A stretch of 64,000 nucleotides of DNA, from contig CDMY01000878.1 in assembly GCA_001179505.1 (NCBI GenBank), positions 62,001-126,000 of the forward strand. The letters run 5' to 3'. This document shows positions 56,425 to 64,000 of this stretch, piece after piece. This DNA is from Vitrella brassicaformis CCMP3155 (lineage: Eukaryota; Protista; Chromerida). A program made the position numbers and the translations under genes. The stretch's first letter is position 1; each line of letters starts with the position of its first letter. A model generated the notes under the pieces. The model saw only the letters and a list, made by a program, of their open reading frames with translations. It was not told where the DNA came from and made no database searches.

Positions 56425-59400
56425 ATGAGCACATCAGACAACACACACCCGCAGGTAGCGCTTCGTGAAGGCCCACACCACCTCTGTGGCTGATCTCTGG
56501 TGTTCCTCCAGGCTCTGGGGGTCAACTTTCCGCCGGATGTCGGACCATCCAACGATCACTACGATGTCACTGAAGGCGCACACTCACAGGTAATGTGCTT
56601 TAAAGCATCACGCGTGTCTGACCTTCTATGCGTTCGACAGGTGGGTGGTGGGATGATGGCTGCTGCGCCAGTCAACGAGCACCATGACGGCCGCCACACA
56701 CAGGTGCGAACATTCTTGAGATCCTGCCGCCTCAGTCATTGGTTGATTGTCTGTCCTCAGGCTGGCGGTGGTGACGAGATGGTTAGTTTCGCCGCAGCCG
56801 AGTTGGATCGTCAGGTAATGCACGGAAGTGAGTGTTTGGTGTGGTGTACGTCAAGGTAATTGCCTTTCTTTCATTTGTCAGACGGGCCATGTGGCCGTGA
56901 ATGTGGTTGCTGGACCGCCGACACTGTCGCTCAGCGGCCACAATGACGAGCAAACGTCGTCCCATGTGCAGACGTGTCTTCCACCACAGATCAGCATTGG
57001 CGTTCCGGTCGCCAGCCCACCACCACCACCACCACCAGCGGCAGCAGCAGCAGCAGGAGGCCATTTTTATTATGAGCATGACTCCGAACCCATAACAGAT
57101 ATACACCACGCTGTCGCTCAAGTGAGGGAGGCGTCTATCTGTCTGGCGTATGTATATCTCTCTGTGTGTATGTGTGCGTGTGTGAGTCAGCCCCACCCTG
57201 ACCACGCCTCGCCGTTCCCTCCCTCGCCGCCCCGCACGCGGCAGCGGGCACAGTCCCTCCCACCCCGATCCTTACAGGTCAATTGTACGCCATTGAATCA
57301 ATCACGATCTTACCTGTGCATGTATACAGGGGGAGATCTCTGTCGGCGAGAGGCAACAACTGGTTGACGAGTTTGATCAACGGAAGCAAAGTGGTGGAGA
57401 GCCCATCTCGATGCCTCAGTTTGCCAAGGAGAAGGGTATTCCTCTGTGGAAGTTCAAGCAGTGGTACTATCCCATCAAGAAACAGAGAGAGGAGGGCAAG
57501 CAGGTGGCGGACCCAACCAAGAAGCGCAACAGACAGCCCAAGTATGCGCAGATTGAGGATGAGATACGCAAGTGGATGGCGGACCACGATGACCCCGTGA
57601 GCATCCCTACGAAAGACATCAAGGCCAAAGCCTTTCAAATAGCCAATCAGCTGAGCATCAGTGGCTTCAAAGCGAGCGATCCCTGGGTCGGAGACGTGAA
57701 GAGACGATATCAACAGGTAACAGGTTGAGATGCATTTTTGCTTCGTTTCCATGATGCTTGCTTCTCGCCTTCGCAGAGTGTTGCTTCGCCGCCTCAGCCG
57801 TCTGCAGCCGCTGAGCAGGTTGTCACACCGGCCCCTGCTGCAATGCATCCCCCCCACCCCCACCCCTTGCCCAAGCCCCTCGTTTGGCATGCCCCTCTGG
57901 GTCCGCAGTCACCTGCACAGGTGCAACAGACACAGATCCTAATGCATCCGCCCCATCCACGCCCTCTATCCATCCCCCTTACCCACCAGCCGGTGACACA
58001 CATGTCAGCAGCAGCAGCAGCAGCAGCAGCGCCAGCACCAGCAGCGCATTCGGACACAAGTGGCCTGAGCAGACAGGTACGCAGCACACAGCCACATGCG
58101 CTTTCAGTAGTATATTTCTCTGCTCGCAGAGCGCAGCACCTGCCCCAGCACCACCATCCAGCAGCGACAGGCACACCGACTCACAGGTGGGACGCCAAAT
58201 GATCTACGAGCTGCTTGTACGATTTTCTGTGTTGCACTGCAGGGCCAAGTGGCTGGTGAGCCGGATGCAGTGCAAGTGGCGGATGGATTCATCGGCCGTG
58301 GCTCTAACGATGCGGTAAGCCGAGACGACACGAAGGCGACGAGAGAGGTCATGTGTCTTTGCTTGGTTGATTGCAGACCAATGTCTATTCAGCAGACGCT
58401 CAGCCGGCTGCTGCTGTCGATCAGCAGTCTGAGCAGCGCTGGCAGCCCTCAGAGGGGCGCAACACGATGAGCGTAAGCCATGTCGATGCCCGCTTCTGTT
58501 GGTGATAGACGCATGTATCATGCTCCGTTTGCTCAGATGGAAGCATCCGTGAGTGGGCAGACAGGCGAGAGGCCGCCAGCGAAGATCCCAAGGAGCGACA
58601 ACCGCAGCCATCGAGACGCCCCACCCTCTGTGGTGAGCCGACTGCATTGCGAGATGCTATCACATGCAGGCATGCACCTCTTGTTTCGATGTATGCAGGT
58701 GTTGTCTCATTCATATGCCGAGACTGCATTCAGCATCACGGCGGATGATCATCGGAGTGATATACAAGAGGTCACATTGAGAGAGGACCCAGCTGCATTG
58801 CCAGCAACATGCTGTCTGTGCGTGTGATTCCGTCATCAGGTTGATGACATCAGCGACCTATCGACATGCGACCCATCAGAAGAAGACATGCGTCAGCAGA
58901 CAGAGGTCTGTCATTGCACGTGTGCATGGCAGACAAGACCTTGCGTGAGTGCTTCGGGGACTCTCGCCATCTGCAGGTGATTCCAGGCAGCAGTCTGAGT
59001 GCGTCAGAATTCGCGACCCTCTACTCATTGTCCGTGCCATCGATCGGCGACGTATGCGTCTTCACACTGCTGTACAGGTAGATGCATACCAATATGGTAT
59101 TGAAGCACTGAATGCTGGCCAGCATTACGCTAATTTTCATACATATTGGATCGCTTCCTTGTTCGGCAGGGCCTCTGTTGACGGCGGTAGCTACAATGAC
59201 CTCATTTCCTGTGTTGGTGACACAACGAGCCTTCTTTTTGTTCTTCGGAGGGGACGGGATATCATCGGCACTTATATGCGCGAGGCGATTAAGCTACCCA
59301 TCGATTCAACCGACGAGAACAGCTACGACTCTGACATCTGGCGGTTTTCCCTCGCGAAAGAGCCCGGACTTCAAAACGACTGGCAGCGTGTGAGCGTGGC

Positions 59401-60437
59401 AGGTCGGGATGGTGCTGTGGACGGAGTGGCTAAGATGCGTCTGGGATCGCGCTTGTGGTTGGGTTGCGGTGATCGACATCCTGGTCCCGCAGCTGACATG
59501 CGCAGCTATCGACTGTACACCCCAGCAGATCACGACACTGCACCGGAGGGGTATCAGGGGACGATGGACGCTAGATTGAGGATGACTGAGGCGTGCGAGG
59601 GGACAGACGTGTTCCTTGCTGATGAGTTGGAGGTGCTTCATGCTGACACCAGCAACAACATCCAGGTAACAGCTGCAAGACAGAAACAGGCTGCTTTGAT
59701 CGCTCCGTGGGTTCTTGGCAGGACTTCATCGGGAAACTCGTCTCATATCTCCTCAAACACGGAGTCAAGTAAGTATATACAGACTCGCAGACACAGACAC
59801 GCACAGACACATCCATACAAGAACGAAAGGATCGACGATATCACAATGCATTCCCGTAGGGCGAGTCAGATTCGCGTCATCACGCCATACGCTGCCCAGC
59901 GAGACCACATCGCGCCGCTCCTCCAGCGGCCATTCTCACCCATCAGCCAGGAGCTGTACAAGGACATCGAAGTCGCATCCGTCGACGGATTCCAGGGGCG
60001 GGAGAAGGACTTCATCCTTATCTCATGCGTCAGATCGAACCTAGAAAAAGGTCACACGTCCAACCACATGACACATGCGCCACGCTACATGAGGACGTAT
60101 GCCTGGCTGGCGGTGTGCAGGGATTGGGTTTCTCAAGGACTCCCGTCGTTCGAATGTGGCCCTCACGCGTGCGCGCTACGGCCTTGTCATCTGCGGCGAT
60201 GCCAGAGTTCTGATGCAAAGTGAGAAAGGATCAAGCAATGAATGGCAAAGACGGCACGTTTCCGTCATGTATCATTTGTGTTTGTCAGACCCGTTGTGGT
60301 GCAAGTTGTTGAACCATTTCGACCGATACGAGCTGGTGGTGGACGGCTCGCTGTTCAACCTGAACCTGAAGCCTTTGTCGACCACGTCAAAAGCATTAGG
60401 CACGGCGCGACGGAGGCACAGCGCGGCCTTTGTATAG
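56425..60437 (+). CDS. Chimeric protein: low-complexity N-terminus, bipartite CENP-B/pogo-type HTH DNA-binding domain, linker, TLDc-like domain and C-terminal fragment of a UPF1-type SF1 helicase
   Basis: One open frame through about 20 GT-AG introns. HTH in exon 57330-57716 (QFAKEKGIPLWKFKQW; RNRQPKYAQIEDEIRKW...IKAKAFQIANQLSISGFKASDPWV). TLDc-like LLYRASVDG...VFLADELEVL at 59050-59640. UPF1-like VKASQIRVITPYAAQR, EVASVDGFQGREKD, GIGFLKDSRRSNVALTRARYGLVICGD, PLWCKLLNHF at 59722-60400. Confidence 0.75.
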
Positions 60438-60476
60438 TGGGTTTTTCATCTCTCTGCTCTGTGTATGCGTGTGCAG

Positions 60477-61628
60477 CTAACATCCCTTTAACCTGGATCA
60501 CCACCCTTGCAAGGTCAGGCACTCAGACGGTGCGCACAGCGGTACGAATGACTACTTTCCCATTCTGCCTTTCTCACTGCAGCACTTTCAGCACTACGGG
60601 AACATCGTGTCAGCGATGGTTCCTCGTGATGAGCTCACTGGCGGTAGCAGGGGCTATGGCTTTGTGTGCTATAGCTCACACAATGCGCGCATTCTTCGCA
60701 CAGATGCGCGTGTGTAGAGAAGGGGCAGAGGAAAGAGGAAAAGAATGGCTGCATGCATGTCAGGGTCGTTGCCTGAAGGGCAAGAATTGCACCTATGCTC
60801 ATGGTGAGAATGTCTTGCCCAAGAAGAGGGGGGCGCTTCCGGTTCTGCTTGGCTCGAGCGTCTCGCGGCCAGCGGTGCCTCCTTCACTAGAACAGCGACG
60901 GATGAACGGTCCTGGATATCGCCATTCGGGACGGCATCCCTGCTGCTGTCGACTGGCTGTGTCGACGCCTCGGGGCCGACGAGATAAACAAGCCCGGCCG
61001 GCCGGCGGCAGCGATAAGAGTGCATGCGGCCGTTTGGCTTAGTGACAGGAGGAACGAAGGGGCCTTACCCGAAGACATCGAAGCCTACCGCCAGGTCATC
61101 CGCACCCTCCTGAAGCGCGGTGGGCCCGTCAGGTCCCTCCCCGCCGACACGCCAAAGGACCGCTATGCCCGCCGCCTCATCCTTGAAATCCACCAAGAGA
61201 TGCAGCAGCAGCAGGCTCAGCACCACCAGCAGCGGTCAACACACCAGCTGCAGCTGCAGACCAAGTCGCAGAAGCGCACGGCACAAAAGAAGAGGGCTAA
61301 GGAGCACATCGCCAACAGCCTGGCCGACGGAGATGCTGAGAACGCCATACCGGCCACTGCATCTGCTCCGGCAACCGAGACGTCAGCTGCGGTCCAAAAT
61401 GGTGCTAGTCCCACCCCTGACGAGCAGCTGTGGGCTTCATCGACGTTTACAGGGCCGAGCAGGAACGCATCGGCGGCAAGCAGAGCCGGCTTGACACGGT
61501 GCTCAGCCTGGCGCCCAAGAGGCTGGCACAGAGTAGGAAGACCGACACAGAGGAACACAGCGTGTTCGTATTGTATGTTCGTGGTGTGTGGTTTGTGGCT
61601 TCCTTTTGGTTGCTCGCTGTCTGCTTAA
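60477..61628 (+). pseudogene. Decayed mosaic of RRM, CCCH zinc-finger and ankyrin gene fragments
   Basis: RRM half HFQHYGNIVSAMVPRDELTGGSRGYGFVCY (60583-60672) stops at 60717. An out-of-frame CCCH relic TMRAFFAQ/GRCLKGKNCTYAH lacks its first Cys. An ankyrin relic SDG*TVLDIAIRDGIPAAVDWLCRRLGADEIN has an in-frame TGA at 60903-60905, followed by YRQVIRTLLKRG. Confidence 0.55.
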
Positions 61629-62226
61629 CGTCCTGCACGCCTGTCTGCGCCAGTTGCTATCATCGTACTGCTGCATTGGCAATTTGTCTTGTGCAGCGTG
61701 ATGGAGCCACACACTCACGGCTGCGTGTCTGCGTGAGGCAGTGCATGCACTGATTTATTCATTCCCGATCGCATTGCGATCGATTGAACGTGTGGGACGC
61801 CTGGCGTGGGACCTGGGCATGTCAGTGGGTCCATCTGGTCGATATTTATCAGTGATTTGGCTACAATGGCACTGCCTGCCTGTGTGTCGCAGTGTGTCTG
61901 GGTGCGTATGAGTGTGAGTGTATGTGATCGTGTATCTCCTCATATGTGAGATGCGTGTGTGTGTCAGTCTGCAGCGTTTTGCGTATAAGTCCATCACGGT
62001 GTTTTCACTGACCCAGTGTCCATCACGGAGTCCACCCATTGTGAGCACCCACCAGAGAGCAAATGACAGCCAACACACCCACGGCAGATGAATACACATA
62101 CGACACAAGGTGAGCAGCGCTATACACACACGCTCTAGGAAACCGCCGCGGCATACACGAGAGGGAAACAACCCAATGCCGCCTTTACGACCGTATTGAT
62201 AAAAGATTGACCCACCCAGGCATACT

Positions 62227-63837
62227 CTACAGCCCCTTCTTCCTCCCTACCCTTCCCCCTCCCCTCCCTCTCTGCTGCTGGTCTCCACCACTAGTACCAA
62301 AGCTGTTGCACTCCGGGTGCTTAGCGAACCACTTGAGCGTCCTGTCCATCCCCTCAGCCACGGTATAGAGCGGCCGGTACCCCAGCACGTGCCTCGCCTT
62401 GTCCCACTTGATGGTCTGCGTGTAGCACAGCGCGTCCACGGCGATGGTCGTCAGGGGCACAAACATCCGCCCCACCAGCAGCGCCCACAGCTCCGCCAGC
62501 AGAGCGAACAGGTAGCAGATCCACCACGGCAGATAGACCGAGGGGAGGGTGTAGCCCGCCTGCTCGACAAAGGGCCGATTGAACTCAAAAAAGCTTTGCG
62601 CCGGCGTGTCGTCGGACAGCAGGAAGACCTCCCCGTCAAGACGACCATTGCTGTCGTCTTGCTTCAGTGCGTGGAGGGCCAGAAGGTGTCCGAAGCAGAT
62701 ATTCTTGACATAGGCGAAGTCCATCAGGGCGTGTTTGGGGTGGCCGGGAGGCGCGCCGATGAGCACCGTCACGATGCGCCGGCGGATAGAGTGGATCAAG
62801 TCACCGATGTGCAGCTGCAGACAAAAGGACACACACAAACTATTCGAGCGATGCATCCATTGAAGTGTTGGCTGCGACCGGTTCGCTCACCTTATCGCCC
62901 TCGCCATAGAACGCCACTGGACGCAAAATGATGATTCGCACACGGCGGCCGTCAGATGTCTGTGCGTGGCGGCGCAGGAGCCTCTCGGCGTCGGCCTTGG
63001 TTTGAGCGTATCGCTTATAGAGGAAGTGCCGCAGTGAAGGCGGATAGGGGGCGTCCTCGGTCATCTCCACGTTCTGATGAAGGCCGTTGATCACCTCCAC
63101 CGTGCTGCAGCAGGCAACATCAGTAGGCCGACACAAGAGAGTGCTTTCTGATGTCCATCTTTCCTCCGTGTGTGTGTGAGTACCTGGTGTATACGAGGTG
63201 TGGGATGCTGGCTCTCTCGCAGGCCTCGAGCACGTTGCGCGTGCCCTGCACATTCACCTCCCTCACCCGAGAGGCAGGCATGTCGCCATGCACGTCGATC
63301 ATTGCCGCTGAACACACACATATACAAACACACCCAATCACACGCACAGAGCACTCCAGAGGCCCATATGTCTGTATCTGCCCCCATATATCTCCATCCT
63401 CACCGCAGTGTATGCAGCTGGTGCATCCCTCAAGGGCCCTGCAAAGGGCTTCCATGTCCAGGATGTCTCCCCGGACATAGGAGAACTTGGCTGGGGGTGA
63501 CGATGACACCTTCTCCCGCCTGCCCTCGTCCATCTGCATCTGCTCGAACAGCAGGGCGGTGGGCGGGGCCACGTCGTACACACGGATCTCTCTCACAACG
63601 CCGTGAAGCATCCCCACCAGCTGCACACCAACAACACACAGACAAAGCAGCACACACACACCTCCCTCTCTGCATGGATCTTCGCGTGCTTGTGTGCAGG
63701 AAGCGCACGTGTGAGCCGAGGTAACCGCAGCCGCCAATGACGCAGACGACCTCCTTTTGCAGGCCAGCGGCCACCTCTGCAAGTTGCGATGGCTGCCCGC
63801 CATCCATGCCCTCGTCGGCACACAGATGTCGCGGCAT
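62227..63837 (-). CDS. 3-beta-hydroxysteroid dehydrogenase/C4-decarboxylase (NSDHL/ERG26/SDR42E-like) extended SDR
   Basis: VCVIGGCGYLGSH (GxxGxxG), VRGDILD, HCAAMID, VNVQGTRNVLEAC, YAQTKADAE (YxxxK), LRPVAFYGEGD, DFAYVKNICFGH, WDKARHVLGYRP; C-terminal hydrophobic stretch LPWWICYLFALLAELWALLVG. Confidence 0.9.
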
Positions 63838-64000
63838 GGCTTCTGGCCAAAGAAATGTCGGATCCTGTAAGGTACCCACTGCAGCTACCAGGGTCTGCAA
63901 GCCGCGTGCAGATCTCGAGCTCGAAAATCTCTGCGAGCTTAGGGTGTCAGGGCGCTCCCTGAAACCGCTGCTGCTGTTGCTTTTCGCTGCTTCTGTGAGG

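Noticed and set aside
57330-57716. An active pogo/Tc5 DNA transposon
   Set aside because: Only the HTH region is present. I found no DDE domain, terminal inverted repeats or TA target duplication, and the exon sits inside an intron-rich host-like gene.
57921-57989. An extra phase-0 intron in the chimeric gene
   Set aside because: It is 69 nt, stop-free and encodes MHPPHPRPLSIPL, a near copy of the upstream MHPPHPHPLPKPL, so it is probably coding. I excluded it from the phase-0 count.
59722-60437. A functional UPF1/SF1 helicase gene
   Set aside because: It lacks the CH domain, Walker A/B and RecA1; only motifs IV-VI remain, with substitutions.
60903-60905. Selenocysteine or readthrough at the in-frame TGA in the ankyrin relic
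   Set aside because: The position normally holds Arg/Lys/Asn in ankyrin DGxT motifs, the surrounding fragments are also damaged, and no SECIS was recognisable.
81-63900. Most ORFs in the supplied track (antisense ORFs; THTHT, CVCVC, DRQTDRQ, MDGWMDG translations)
   Set aside because: They are by-products of high GC content, the opposite strand of real exons, and read-through of intronic microsatellites. They show no domain motifs and no splice-consistent structure.

Overview
Intron-dense, GC-rich eukaryotic genomic DNA. Introns are mostly 50-100 nt and often contain GT/AC/TGTC/GGAT microsatellites. The intron style, a bipartite signal+transit leader and the ankyrin and TLDc-like families suggest a chromerid alveolate such as Vitrella brassicaformis (inference). 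I spliced 16 protein-coding loci by hand. In order: a giant secreted Cys-repeat protein (-, runs off the left edge), a plastid-type GST-N/Grx-like protein (-), CFAP46 (+), an ankyrin protein (-), a membrane-anchored PPR protein (+), MetAP1 (-), a D-2-hydroxyacid/glycerate dehydrogenase (+), a small ciliary MIP-like protein (-), a large RNI-type LRR protein (+), ISY1 (-), a DASS/DiT-like transporter (+), a peroxisomal alpha-hydroxy-acid oxidase (-), a TruA pseudouridine synthase (+), a C2H2-like hypothetical (-), a CENP-B-HTH/TLDc-like/UPF1-fragment chimera with a decayed RRM-CCCH-ankyrin tail (+), and a 3beta-HSD/NSDHL-like SDR (-). I saw no rRNA, tRNA, CRISPR array or intact transposon. Most notable: (1) the ankyrin gene has a hidden 10-codon first exon, MARTKQTFRK, which copies the histone H3 N-terminal tail and precedes a CBM48-like domain; (2) the chimeric gene is built through 14 consecutive phase-0 introns; (3) 15 consecutive genes strictly alternate strand, and AGCTCGC recurs in the short divergent gaps; (4) three photorespiration-type genes lie within about 17 kb. 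All gene models are manual and not confirmed by transcripts.
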